Shown: positions 26,576 through 36,659 of the stretch, one piece after another
Layout of the letters: each line of letters opens with the position of its first letter
Position numbering within the stretch: the stretch's first letter is position 1
Assembly (NCBI GenBank): GCA_020725385.1
Contig: DYFC01000018.1
Coordinates: 1-45,823, forward strand
Direction: 5' to 3'
Origin: Nitrospira japonica
GTDB taxonomy: Bacteria; Nitrospirota; Thermodesulfovibrionia; Thermodesulfovibrionales; SM23-35
DNA: 45,823 bases
Made by a program: the position numbers and the translations under genes
The notes under the pieces: generated by a model
Told to the model about the DNA's origin: nothing
Database searches by the model: none
The model's input: the letters and a program-made list of their open reading frames with translations, nothing else

Positions 26576-27142
26576 TTAAAGTCCGGCTTTATTTATAATC
26601 ATATTCAGAAAATCTGATGGTTCTTGAATGCTGCCAACTTTTGAATAAAGTATTTTTGTGGAACCGTCAGAATTTATTTTTACTACGAAAAAATAAGGAG
26701 TTCTAACTTCGCCAATTGCCTTATGTATTTTAAAGTTTTCATCTATAACAAGAGGAAACTTTATATCATATTGGCTCTTAAATAGATTCACTTCAAATTG
26801 TGTATTTCCTGCACCAATTCCTAAAATTTTAATGCGATTTCTTAAATTATTATTTTCCTGTATTTTATTAAATAATTCATTTACTACTGGAGCTTCTTTC
26901 TGACAATATGGACAATACATACTGAAGATTTCTACAATCACAATATCAGCTTTTATCTGCGCTAACTTGAAAGACTTCTTTTCTTTTAATCCGAGATAGT
27001 CTATATCATTTTGATTTTCAGGTGGTGTGATTGAAATATCAGGAAATGCCTCTCCCTCTAGAGGAGACTTTTCTATAGCAAAAGAATATGAAACAAAAAT
27101 TAAAACAAATACGGATATTAAAATAAATCTGGTTTTGTCCAT
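26576..27142 (-). CDS. Exported TlpA-like thiol-disulfide oxidoreductase (CPYC)
   Basis: EIFSMYCPYCQKEAP; RTPYF; signal peptide ending SYSFA; SD AAGGAGG. Confidence 0.82.
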   Translation of the reverse strand: MDKTRFILISVFVLIFVSYSFAIEKSPLEGEAFPDISITPPENQNDIDYLGLKEKKSFKLAQIKADIVIVEIFSMYCPYCQKEAPVVNELFNKIQENNNLRNRIKILGIGAGNTQFEVNLFKSQYDIKFPLVIDENFKIHKAIGEVRTPYFFVVKINSDGSTKILYSKVGSIQEPSDFLNMIINKAGL

Positions 27143-27361
27143 GCTTTATGCCTCCTTTGGGAATAATTATATTTTTTTCTATAATTATATTGTCTTTCAA
27201 TACAATTACAAAGTCAAGAATTATTATTTGTTAAGCAAGCTATTAAGAGAATAAGCCTTCAAGCTGGCAGGCCAAACTATTGTTCTAAGTTTTAACAATG
27301 AATTGAAATTCTTTTTATTGTGGTGTATTCTATTATCATTCAAATATTGGGAGGTTATTTT

Positions 27362-30031
27362 ATGGCAAAAAAGGTAAACAAAAAATATGTTTATTTTTTT
27401 GGTGCTGGAAAAGCTGATGGCAATGGCAAGATGAAGGATTTACTGGGTGGCAAAGGCGCGGGTCTTGCTGAAATGACAAACTTAAAAATACCTGTGCCGG
27501 CAGGCTTTACAATAACAACCGAAGCATGTAATGAATACTTTAAAGCTGGTAAAAAATATCCTCCCGGGATGTGGGAACAGGTTCTTGAAAATCTGAAAAA
27601 AGTTGAAAAAGCAATGGGAATGAAACTTGGTGACCCTGTTAATCCTTTATTAGTTTCGGTACGTTCAGGAGCAAAATTTTCTATGCCTGGAATGATGGAT
27701 ACGGTCCTGAATCTTGGTCTGAATGAAACAACAATAAATGCTCTTATAAAAAAGACAGGGAATGAAAGATTTGTATATGATGCTTATAGAAGATTGATAA
27801 CAATGTTTGGAAGTATTGTGATGGGAATTGACAGACAAAAATTTGAGAGTGCTCTCGAAATGATGAAAGAGAAAAAGGGTGTAAAGTTGGATACCGAACT
27901 TGATGCAGAAGATTTAAAACAACTTGCAGAAGAGTTCAAGATCATATATAAGAGAGCAACAGGCGAAGACTTTCCAACAGATCCTCTCGAACAGTTAAAA
28001 AAGGCTATAAATGCTGTTTTTGGTTCATGGTTTGGTGAAAGAGCAATTAAATATAGAAAGCTAAATGATATACCGGATGACCTTGGAACTGCTTGTAATA
28101 TTCAATCAATGGTTTTTGGAAATCTTGGTGAAAACTCTGGAACAGGAGTTGGATTTACAAGAGATCCGTCCACAGGTAAAAATCAATTCTTTGCTGAATG
28201 TCTTATAAATGCCCAGGGTGAAGATGTTGTTGCTGGTATAAGAACACCACTTAAGATTGATGAATTAAAGAAAAGGCTTCCTAAAGCATATAAAGAACTA
28301 AATGCTATCTATAAAAAACTTGAAAAACATTACCGTGATATGCTTGATATAGAGTTTACAGTTCAGGAAGGCAAGCTTTATATGCTACAGACAAGAGTTG
28401 GAAAAAGAACCGCTGCTGCTGCACTGAAAATAGCCATTGATATGGTTAAAGAAAAATTGATTGACAAAAAGACAGCGGTTTTAAGGATAGATCCAGAACA
28501 GCTTGACCAATTGCTACATCCAATGATAGACCCAAAGGCAGAAGTAAAAATATTAGCTAAGGGGCTTCCGGCATCTCCTGGCGCTGCTGTTGGAAAGGTT
28601 GTATTCACTGCTGAAGATGCAGAAAGGGCTGCTGAAAGGGGAGAAAAAGTTATTCTTGTAAGAGCAGAAACATCTCCTGAAGACATTGGAGGTATGAACG
28701 CTGCACAGGGAATACTTACAGCAAGAGGTGGTATGACATCCCATGCAGCGGTTGTTGCAAGAGGAATGGGTAAGTGTTGTGTTGCAGGATGCGGCGCAAT
28801 TAATATTAACGAGGTACAAAAATACTTCACAGTAAATGAAACTGTTATTAGGGAAGGTGACTATATTACCCTAAATGGTACTACCGGAGAAGTAATACTT
28901 GGTGAAGCTCCATTGGTTACACCCGAGCTTACCGGTGATTTTGGCACATTTATGAAATGGGTGGATGAATTTAGAAAACTCGGGGTCAGAACAAATGCTG
29001 ATACACCGCATGATTCAGAAGTTGCAAGGAAATTTGGTGCTGAAGGCATTGGTTTATGCAGGACCGAACATATGTTCTTTGCACCTGAAAGAATAAGCGC
29101 TGTTAGGGAAATGATTCTTGCCGATGATACCGAGGGACGGAAGAAAGCCCTTGCAAAGATACTTCCGTTCCAGAAGAGTGATTTTATTGAAATATTCAAA
29201 GTTATGAAAGGACTGCCTGTAACAATAAGACTTCTTGACCCGCCTTTACACGAATTTCTTCCTCACACAGACGAAGAATTAAAATTACTCGCTTCTTCTA
29301 TGGAAGTTCCTTTCGAGAAATTAAGAACGAGAAACAAAGCCTTACAGGAATTTAATCCCATGTTGGGACATAGGGGCTGCAGGCTTGGTATAACATATCC
29401 TGAAATATATGAAATGCAAGTAAGAGCAATAATGGAAGCAGCTTGTGAACTCGCTAAGAATAAAATTAAAGTAATACCTGAAATAATGATTCCTTTGGTA
29501 GCACATGTTAAAGAATTGAAAATGATGCGGGAACTTACGGTCAGAGTCGCTGAAGAAGTCCAAAAAGAATATGGTACAAAAGTAAATTACACTGTAGGAA
29601 CAATGATTGAACTGCCAAGAGCAGCGATAACTGCTGATGAGATTGCTCAAGAAGCTGATTTCTTCTCATTTGGCACCAATGATCTTACTCAAACAACTTT
29701 TGGTCTCTCAAGGGATGATGCCGGAAGATTTTTACCATATTATGTTGAAAAAGGAATACTTGAAAATGATCCATTCATAAGCCTTGATCAATCCGGGACA
29801 GGTGTTTTAATGAAGATTGGGATTGATAAAGGAAGAAGTGTTAAGAAAAAACTTAAATTAGGAATTTGCGGAGAGCATGGCGGGGACCCAAAATCTGTTG
29901 AGTTCTGTCATAAAGTTGGTCTTGACTATGTTAGCTGCTCTCCTTACAGGGTGCCTATAGCCCGTCTTGCAGCAGCACAGGCTGCCTTGAAAGAGAAAAT
30001 AAAGAAAGATTTAAGCAAGTCAACTGTTTAA
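27362..30031 (+). CDS. ppdK: Pyruvate, phosphate dikinase
   Basis: LLGGKGAGLAEM; SVRSGA..SMPGMMDT; GGMTSHAAVVARG; GLCRTEHMF; GICGEHGG; start 27362 after GGAGG. Confidence 0.98.
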   Translation: MAKKVNKKYVYFFGAGKADGNGKMKDLLGGKGAGLAEMTNLKIPVPAGFTITTEACNEYFKAGKKYPPGMWEQVLENLKKVEKAMGMKLGDPVNPLLVSVRSGAKFSMPGMMDTVLNLGLNETTINALIKKTGNERFVYDAYRRLITMFGSIVMGIDRQKFESALEMMKEKKGVKLDTELDAEDLKQLAEEFKIIYKRATGEDFPTDPLEQLKKAINAVFGSWFGERAIKYRKLNDIPDDLGTACNIQSMVFGNLGENSGTGVGFTRDPSTGKNQFFAECLINAQGEDVVAGIRTPLKIDELKKRLPKAYKELNAIYKKLEKHYRDMLDIEFTVQEGKLYMLQTRVGKRTAAAALKIAIDMVKEKLIDKKTAVLRIDPEQLDQLLHPMIDPKAEVKILAKGLPASPGAAVGKVVFTAEDAERAAERGEKVILVRAETSPEDIGGMNAAQGILTARGGMTSHAAVVARGMGKCCVAGCGAININEVQKYFTVNETVIREGDYITLNGTTGEVILGEAPLVTPELTGDFGTFMKWVDEFRKLGVRTNADTPHDSEVARKFGAEGIGLCRTEHMFFAPERISAVREMILADDTEGRKKALAKILPFQKSDFIEIFKVMKGLPVTIRLLDPPLHEFLPHTDEELKLLASSMEVPFEKLRTRNKALQEFNPMLGHRGCRLGITYPEIYEMQVRAIMEAACELAKNKIKVIPEIMIPLVAHVKELKMMRELTVRVAEEVQKEYGTKVNYTVGTMIELPRAAITADEIAQEADFFSFGTNDLTQTTFGLSRDDAGRFLPYYVEKGILENDPFISLDQSGTGVLMKIGIDKGRSVKKKLKLGICGEHGGDPKSVEFCHKVGLDYVSCSPYRVPIARLAAAQAALKEKIKKDLSKSTV

Positions 30032-30040
30032 TTATTTATT

Positions 30041-30078
30041 AAAAAAGAGGGACAGGCATTTAGTCTGTCCCTCTTTTT
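30041..30078 (+). terminator. Intrinsic (bidirectional-type) terminator after ppdK
   Basis: AAAAAGAGGGACAGGC-loop-GTCTGTCCCTCTTTTT. Confidence 0.88.
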
Positions 30079-30164
30079 ATTTATAGAAATACTGCTAACC
30101 TTTACAGATATAGCGATTGTATGGTATTTTAAATATTACAAAATTATCGAAAGGTGGTGAATAG

Positions 30165-30434
30165 ATGGCTATTGATAAAACACAGAAGCAGTCTATCATA
30201 AACGAATACAAGATTCATGAACATGATACTGGTTCACCTGAAGTTCAGATAGCGCTGCTAAGCTCAAGGATAAATTATCTTACAGAGCATTTTAAAACAC
30301 ACAAAAAAGACCATCACTCCAGAAGAGGACTTCTTAAGCTTGTCAGCCAGCGGAGGAAATTGCTTGATTACCTTAAACAATCTGATAAACAAAGATATGA
30401 AAAGGTAATTGAACGCCTTGAAATCAGGAAATAA
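30165..30434 (+). CDS. rpsO: 30S ribosomal protein S15
   Basis: [13 protein letters not shown]; [25 protein letters not shown]. Confidence 0.98.
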   Translation: MAIDKTQKQSIINEYKIHEHDTGSPEVQIALLSSRINYLTEHFKTHKKDHHSRRGLLKLVSQRRKLLDYLKQSDKQRYEKVIERLEIRK

Positions 30435-32518
30435 TGAAGAGAGTTGAAATTGAAGTTCGTGGAAAGAAGCTAATCTTAGAAACAGGCAAAATTGCTAAAC
30501 AGGCTGACGGAGCAGTTGTTGCACAATATGGAGACACAGTGGTTCTTGCCACTGCTGTTGCTGATAAAAATCCAAAAGAAGGTTTAGATTTTTTCCCCCT
30601 TACTGTAGATTATCAGGAAAAAGCATATTCTGCAGGTAAAATACCCGGAGGATTTTTTAAGCGTGAAGGAAGACCTTCGGAAAAAGAAATCCTTACTTCG
30701 AGATTAATTGATAGGCCAATAAGACCCCTATTCCCCAAGGGTTTTTATTTTGAAACACAGGGAATAGTGAACGTGCTTTCTTATGGTGATGAAAACATTG
30801 CGGATATACTCGGGATTATAAGTATGTCAGCGGCTCTTGTTATTTCTGATATTCCTTTTAATGGTCCTGTAGCTGCAGTGAGAATCGCAAGAATAGCCGG
30901 GTCTTTTGTAATAAATCCTGATGCGAGGGAAATAGAAGAATGCGACCTTAACCTTGTTGTTGCAGGAACAGAAGAAGCTGTTGTTATGGTTGAAGGAGAA
31001 GCTCAGGAAATACTTGAGGACGATCTACTCGAGGCCCTTGATATTGCTCATCAGAAAATAAAACTATTATGTTCTGTCCAAAATGAATTACGTTCTATTT
31101 CAGGAAAAGAAAAAAGAACTTTTGAACCTCCAGTTGTGGATGAAAAACTTAAACAATCTGTGACAGGACTCGCTCTTGATAGAATAAAAAATGCAATTAT
31201 TATCCCTGACAAACTTAGAAGACAGGCTGCCTTAGACCAAATATTAAAGGAAATTATCGAGAATCTTAATACAGATGAAGAAGATAGAACCCTTGATATT
31301 GCATCGATATTTAATGATCTTGAGAAAAATATTGTCAGAGGTATGATTCTCAATGAAAACATAAGGGCTGATGGAAGAAAAACTGATGAGATAAGGAATA
31401 TAAGCTCAGAAGTAGGTATATTGCCAAGAACACACGGCTCAGCTCTTTTTATAAGAGGTGAAACTCAGTGTCTTGCGGTTGTAACACTTGGAACTTCTGA
31501 GGATGAACAGAAAGTAGATTCGCTTGATGGTGAAACATATAAGACTTTTATGCTTCACTATAATTTTCCTCCTTTTAGTGTAGGTGAAGTTAAACCTTTG
31601 AAATCACCGGGAAGAAGGGAAATAGGCCACGGATATCTTGCAGAAAGAGCAATTAAAGCTGTAATCCCTCCAAAGTCCCGATTCCCGTATACTATAAGAG
31701 TTGTATCGGATATACTCGAATCAAATGGTTCATCTTCTATGGCCACTGTTTGTGGAGGTTCACTTGCATTAATGGATGCAGGTGTGCCTATAAAATCGCA
31801 TGTTGCTGGAATAGCGATGGGACTTATCAAAGAACAGGATAGGGTAGTTATACTTACTGATATTCTCGGTCTCGAAGATCATCTTGGTGACATGGACTTT
31901 AAAGTCACCGGCACTGATAAAGGTATAACAGCATTCCAGCTTGATACAAAAATAAGCGGCATATCACGCGAGATAATGAAAGAAGCTCTTGAGCAGGCCC
32001 GGAAAGGAAGGATTTTTATTCTTTCCAAGATGAATGAAACTATAAGTAAGCCCAGAGAGACCCTTGCTCCATATGCCCCACGTATTTATACAATGCAAAT
32101 AAAGCAAGATAAAATTAGGGATGTAATAGGTTCGGGTGGAAAAGTAATTCGTGGAATAGTTGAGCAGACAGGGGTTAAAATAGATATAGAAGATAGTGGT
32201 CTTATAAATATAGCCTCACCCGATGGAGAATCTGCCCAAAAAGCAATTGAAATGATTAATAGTATAACTGCTGAAGCCGAACTCGGTAAATTATATATGG
32301 GTAAAGTAAAAAGGATAGTTGATTTCGGTGCTTTTGTTGAAATATTACCCGGAACAGAGGGGCTGCTTCATATCTCGCAAATATCTGATAGAAGAGTCGG
32401 AAAAGTCACTGATGAGATACATGAAGGAGATGAAATACTTGTTAAAGTTATTGAGATAGATAAAATGGGTAGAATACGTCTTTCAAGAAAAGATGCTATG
32501 CGTGAGCAGAAAAGATAG
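30434..32518 (+). CDS. pnp: Polyribonucleotide nucleotidyltransferase
   Basis: [12 protein letters not shown]; RREIGHG; ESNGSSSMA; [10 protein letters not shown]; KH and S1 domains. Confidence 0.98.
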   Translation: MKRVEIEVRGKKLILETGKIAKQADGAVVAQYGDTVVLATAVADKNPKEGLDFFPLTVDYQEKAYSAGKIPGGFFKREGRPSEKEILTSRLIDRPIRPLFPKGFYFETQGIVNVLSYGDENIADILGIISMSAALVISDIPFNGPVAAVRIARIAGSFVINPDAREIEECDLNLVVAGTEEAVVMVEGEAQEILEDDLLEALDIAHQKIKLLCSVQNELRSISGKEKRTFEPPVVDEKLKQSVTGLALDRIKNAIIIPDKLRRQAALDQILKEIIENLNTDEEDRTLDIASIFNDLEKNIVRGMILNENIRADGRKTDEIRNISSEVGILPRTHGSALFIRGETQCLAVVTLGTSEDEQKVDSLDGETYKTFMLHYNFPPFSVGEVKPLKSPGRREIGHGYLAERAIKAVIPPKSRFPYTIRVVSDILESNGSSSMATVCGGSLALMDAGVPIKSHVAGIAMGLIKEQDRVVILTDILGLEDHLGDMDFKVTGTDKGITAFQLDTKISGISREIMKEALEQARKGRIFILSKMNETISKPRETLAPYAPRIYTMQIKQDKIRDVIGSGGKVIRGIVEQTGVKIDIEDSGLINIASPDGESAQKAIEMINSITAEAELGKLYMGKVKRIVDFGAFVEILPGTEGLLHISQISDRRVGKVTDEIHEGDEILVKVIEIDKMGRIRLSRKDAMREQKR

Positions 32519-32539
32519 ATTTTTCAAGACAAAAAAGTG

Positions 32540-32571
32540 AAGGGGATATAATTAATTTTATCCCCTTTTTT
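32540..32571 (+). terminator. Intrinsic terminator after pnp
   Basis: AAGGGGATA-loop-TATCCCCTT followed by a T run. Confidence 0.75.
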
Positions 32572-32647
32572 ATTTTCTATATATTTCGACCGGAAAAATA
32601 AACTTAAAAAATCCAGTAATTTGGCTGGCTCTCAAGTTATTAAAACT

Positions 32648-32850
32648 TTTTGTCATTTCTTGATTTAATTCGGGAATCCAGTTCTAATGCTTCCTCTGGA
32701 TACCGTACTCTGACTTTTTAAAGTTTCAAGCATGCCCTCTGGCTTGCTTGTCCGCCATTTGTTTGGTGGAACTGGAGGGCCATAGATGACAGAAATGTAG
32801 TATGTCATTTCGAGGAGTGAAATGACGTGAAATCTGATTGCTTTACGTAT
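32648..32850. repeat. Degenerate nested palindromic (REP/RPE-like) elements
   Basis: TGTCAT..CGGGAATCCAG..CTGGATACCG..ATGACA; GCCCTCTGG/CTGGAGGGC enclosing TCCGCCA/TGGTGGA; GTCATTTCGAGGAGTGAAATGAC. Confidence 0.5.
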
Positions 32851-32900
32851 GATAATAGATTTGTTCATGATAAAATAAATATGGAGTGTTAAAATAATAA

Positions 32901-34148
32901 ATGTTTAAAAAAGAGTTTTTACAAAACGGTGTGCCTGTTGTTATGGAAACGCTTAAAAATATGCGTTCTGTTGTTGTTGGTATCTGGGTTAAGGTTGGGT
33001 CAAGATTTGAGCCTCCAGAAAAAAATGGGATTTCACATTTTCTTGAGCATATGTTTTTTAAAGGCACAAAAAAACGTACTGCCAAGGACATATCTTATGA
33101 AATTGATTCTCTCGGAGGAGAATTAAATGCATTTACGTCAAGGGAAAATACAACTTTTTATGTAAAAGTTCTTGATGAATTTCTTGAGCAAGGTCTTGAT
33201 CTTCTATCAGATATATTTCTCAATTCAACTTTTCCTGAGGATGATATTGAAAAAGAAAAGAAAATCATTAAAGAAGAAATAAAGATGATTGAAGATACAC
33301 CTGATGATTATGTCCATGATCTCTCAAATAGGACAATTTGGGGAGGTACCGGATTAGGTCAATCTGTTCTTGGAAAAAGAGAAACTATAGCTTTATTTAC
33401 TAAAGAAGACCTTTTATCCCATATAAGAAAGTATTACGGGACAAAAGACATTATTATTTCATGTGCTGGAAATTTTGAATATGATCACATGATTTCAGTT
33501 TTAAACAAAGATCTCGGAAACCTTAGAAGAGGTTCTGAACCTGAAAAAGGTGATGTACCTGAATTCAATAGTAAAGTAGAAGTTTTTCAAAAGGACCTAT
33601 CCGAGGCGCATTTATGTCTTAATATAAAAGGATTGAATACTGCCAGTAAAGATAGATATAGCCTGTATATTATAAATACAATATTAGGTGCGGGAGTAAG
33701 TTCACGGCTGTTTCAAGAAATCAGAGAAAAAAGAGGTCTTGCATATTCTATCTATTCTTTTGTAGCATCTTATTTAGATACCGGATTATGGGGTGTATAT
33801 GCCGGTGTAAGCAGAAAAAAAGTAAAAGAGGTAATTGATATTGTAATGAAAGAACTTTTTACTTTAAAGGACACTATTCAAGAGGTAGAACTACAAAGGG
33901 CTAAAAATCAACTTAAAGGCAATATAATACTCGGGCTTGAGTCAACTGGTAGCAGGATGAATAATATAGCAAGACAGGAGATATATTACGGGAGGTATTT
34001 TTCGCCAAAAGAAATAATGAATGAAATAGACTCTGTAAAGATGGAACAGGTTAGGGATTTATGTGAAAGACTTATCAGAAAAGATTGCCTCGCTCTGACA
34101 GTTTACGGACCGGTTCAAGGCCATGAATTGAAAGGAATATTTAATTGA
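32901..34148 (+). CDS. M16 family zinc peptidase (pitrilysin/MPP-like)
   Basis: HFLEHMFFKGT (HxxEH); LNAFTSRE; SSRLFQEIREKRGLAYS. Confidence 0.93.
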   Translation: MFKKEFLQNGVPVVMETLKNMRSVVVGIWVKVGSRFEPPEKNGISHFLEHMFFKGTKKRTAKDISYEIDSLGGELNAFTSRENTTFYVKVLDEFLEQGLDLLSDIFLNSTFPEDDIEKEKKIIKEEIKMIEDTPDDYVHDLSNRTIWGGTGLGQSVLGKRETIALFTKEDLLSHIRKYYGTKDIIISCAGNFEYDHMISVLNKDLGNLRRGSEPEKGDVPEFNSKVEVFQKDLSEAHLCLNIKGLNTASKDRYSLYIINTILGAGVSSRLFQEIREKRGLAYSIYSFVASYLDTGLWGVYAGVSRKKVKEVIDIVMKELFTLKDTIQEVELQRAKNQLKGNIILGLESTGSRMNNIARQEIYYGRYFSPKEIMNEIDSVKMEQVRDLCERLIRKDCLALTVYGPVQGHELKGIFN

Positions 34149-34206
34149 AGTTTATATAATATAATTATAATAAATGTTTTAAGCCTTAAATGATAAGGAG
34201 GTCATC

Positions 34207-34374
34207 ATGCCAGCATACGAATTTAATTGTAAGTCATGCGGAAAAGATTTTACGGTATTCCTCTCTATCAAAGAGTTTGAAAAAAATCCAAGTATAATTT
34301 GTGAGCATTGCAAAAGTAACAATGTAACAAGAAAGCTTAGTGGATTTTTTGCTAAAACAAGCAAGAAATCTTAA
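34207..34374 (+). CDS. FmdB-family zinc-ribbon protein (55 aa, absent from the ORF track)
   Basis: Hand translation MPAYEFNCKSCGKDFTVFLSIKEFEKNPSIICEHCKSNNVTRKLSGFFAKTSKKS*; MPxYExxCxxCG...CxxC; SD AAGGAGGT. Confidence 0.9.
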   Translation: MPAYEFNCKSCGKDFTVFLSIKEFEKNPSIICEHCKSNNVTRKLSGFFAKTSKKS

Positions 34375-34390
34375 CAAATTTTCAGTCGTA

Positions 34391-34774
34391 TTAATCTAAT
34401 TTTATTTGAAGAATTTCGCTTACTTTATTTAGTAAATCATTTATATTAAAAGGTTTTGTTATATAAAAATCAGCGCCAGAGGCTTTAGCTTTTTCCCTGT
34501 CAGCTTCTTGTCCTTTGGCAGTCAAAATTACAATATAAGGTATTTTTTCCGGAGGCTCGCTCTTGATTTTTTGACAAACTTCAAACCCGTTCATTTTTGG
34601 CATCATGACATCAAGAAAAATTAATTCGGGTTGTTTTTCTCTTATAATATCAAGAGCAACGAGACCGTTCTCGGCAGTGAGAATTTCAACGTTTTTTTCT
34701 TCAAAAGGTTCGAGAATTTGCTCTAAGAGATTTCGAATAATAGGGTCGTCATCTACTATTAATATTCTTTTCAT
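34391..34774 (-). CDS. Single-domain response regulator
   Basis: MKRILIVDDD; FLDVMMPKMNG; LTAKGQ; TKPF; start at 34774. Confidence 0.9.
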   Translation of the reverse strand: MKRILIVDDDPIIRNLLEQILEPFEEKNVEILTAENGLVALDIIREKQPELIFLDVMMPKMNGFEVCQKIKSEPPEKIPYIVILTAKGQEADREKAKASGADFYITKPFNINDLLNKVSEILQIKLD

Positions 34775-34775
34775 T

Positions 34776-36659
34776 TTATTCCTTTTCTGTATAATTGTAT
34801 TCCATTTTGTTGATATTTGAAACATCATTTATATTTTTCAAAGGAAGTGTAAAATAAAAAGTACTTCCTTTGCCAAGTTCGCTTTCAACCCATATTTTTC
34901 CACCATAGTGTTCAATTATCTGTTTGCATATGGAAAGTCCGAGTCCGGTGCCTGTTGGTTTATCTGTAAGTGTATCACCTGCCTGCCTGAATTTTTCAAA
35001 TACATGATCTTTTTCTGTTTCAGAAATGCCGATTCCGGTATCAGAAACACTTACTAAAATACTATTGTCTAATTTTTTTGCTTTACAAGTTACAGAACCG
35101 GTGTCGGTAAATTTAACTGCATTAGAAAGAAGATTTATAATAACCTGAATTATCCTATCTTTGTCACATATGATTTCGGGTAGATTTTCTTCAATATCTT
35201 TTATTAATAGAAGTTTCTTTTGCTCAAAAAGCGCAGATGTCGCGATAATAGCCTGTTCAATCGCATCAGCAGGACGTACATTTTCAAGTTTCCAATCAAT
35301 TCTTCCAGCCTCAAGTTTGGAGATATCAAGAACATCGTTTATTAGAGCAGTAAGGCGTTCACTCTCTGAAAGTATGATATTTATATTATCCCGAATGCGA
35401 GAAATAGATTTAAGAACCCTTTTGTTATCATTTGTTACATTAGGAAATATATCTTCTTCGAGTCTTTTCTTAATAATTTCTGTAAAACCTCTCACAGAGG
35501 TTAAAGGTGTTCTTAATTCATGCGAAACAGTAGATATGAAGTCAGTTTTCATACGATCAACTTCTTTTTCAGATGTAATATCTCTTATGAGAATTACGGC
35601 TCCAATTCCTTTGTCATCTGATTGTATTGTTTCTTTATGAATCCCTGTAGCAACAGCCTTGCCGATTCTTTTATGAGCAAGTTCTATTTCAGTTGTGAAT
35701 ATCTGATCAGCATTCATCCTGCTTTTTTCGACAACCTCTGCAAAATTATCACCAAAAATACTTCTGCAATTCCTCCCGATAAAATCCGATTCTCTCATAT
35801 TGAACATGTATGACAAAGCAGGGTTAACATGTGTAATCACACCGTCGGTATCTGTAACAAGAAGACCATCTGCCATATTATCTATTACTGCTGTCAGATA
35901 AGCAAGGGTATTTTGAAGTTCCACAATTGCGTCATTTATAGCCTGTTCGTAACGGTCAAAGACCTCGTGAAGATCGGTTGCCATAGATTTCATTGTATTA
36001 GCGAGAAGACCTATTTCATCATCAGATTTTATATCAACCGGAGAAGAAAAATCATGCAAGGTAAGCTTCTTGGCATAATCTGTCAAAGCATTCAATGGTT
36101 GGGAAACTTTATTAACAAGAATATAGGCTATAGTTATACTGAAAATGAATATAAGCGAAATTAATATTAATTGACGAATCATTGCTGATTTCATTTGAGC
36201 CATGATATTGTTTTTGTCCATTCCTACATGAACATAACCTGCAATGCCCTCGAGTATAGGAGATGTAATGTCAATAAAGGTACCCAACCCTTCAAATACT
36301 ATTTCTTTTACATAAGTATCTCTTGGCTTATCATTTTTTATTTTTGAGATTTCATCGGGGATTGTTGGAATAAATGTGTGTGAGATTATATCTCCATTTG
36401 CATCAACAACGAATATATATGATACACCGCTTATTTCAAGGAATCGATCTATCATAGCCTGAATAGTAGAAGCATCTCTATTTAAGAGAGTTTCGATGCT
36501 TGAGCTTGCAACACTTTTTGCGATAGCGGTTCCTTTGCTTTTGTATTCCTGGAGAAGGTCATTATAGAGATTCCAGCCTGTAGAAATTGCAATTGTAAAA
36601 GCTATTATCATGAATAGGATTATAATCAACAACAGGGTTTTCTTGAAAAGTTTTGACAT
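34776..36659 (-). CDS. Membrane sensor histidine kinase (short extracytoplasmic domain, HAMP, PAS, HisKA, HATPase)
   Basis: Two TM helices; DEIGLLA HAMP; SHELRTPLT; NLLSNAVKF; DTGIGI; GTGLGL. Confidence 0.92.
   Translation of the reverse strand: MSKLFKKTLLLIIILFMIIAFTIAISTGWNLYNDLLQEYKSKGTAIAKSVASSSIETLLNRDASTIQAMIDRFLEISGVSYIFVVDANGDIISHTFIPTIPDEISKIKNDKPRDTYVKEIVFEGLGTFIDITSPILEGIAGYVHVGMDKNNIMAQMKSAMIRQLILISLIFIFSITIAYILVNKVSQPLNALTDYAKKLTLHDFSSPVDIKSDDEIGLLANTMKSMATDLHEVFDRYEQAINDAIVELQNTLAYLTAVIDNMADGLLVTDTDGVITHVNPALSYMFNMRESDFIGRNCRSIFGDNFAEVVEKSRMNADQIFTTEIELAHKRIGKAVATGIHKETIQSDDKGIGAVILIRDITSEKEVDRMKTDFISTVSHELRTPLTSVRGFTEIIKKRLEEDIFPNVTNDNKRVLKSISRIRDNINIILSESERLTALINDVLDISKLEAGRIDWKLENVRPADAIEQAIIATSALFEQKKLLLIKDIEENLPEIICDKDRIIQVIINLLSNAVKFTDTGSVTCKAKKLDNSILVSVSDTGIGISETEKDHVFEKFRQAGDTLTDKPTGTGLGLSICKQIIEHYGGKIWVESELGKGSTFYFTLPLKNINDVSNINKMEYNYTEKE

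Noticed and set aside
28378-29650. Several 88-150 aa antisense ORFs inside ppdK
   Set aside because: Codon-bias shadows of a highly conserved gene.
32665-32868. 67-aa minus-strand ORF in the pnp-M16 spacer
   Set aside because: Runs through palindromic repeat sequence, has no clear SD and no protein-like motif.
34179-34364. 61-aa minus-strand ORF
   Set aside because: Shadow of the plus-strand FmdB-like gene, which has the SD and Cys motifs.
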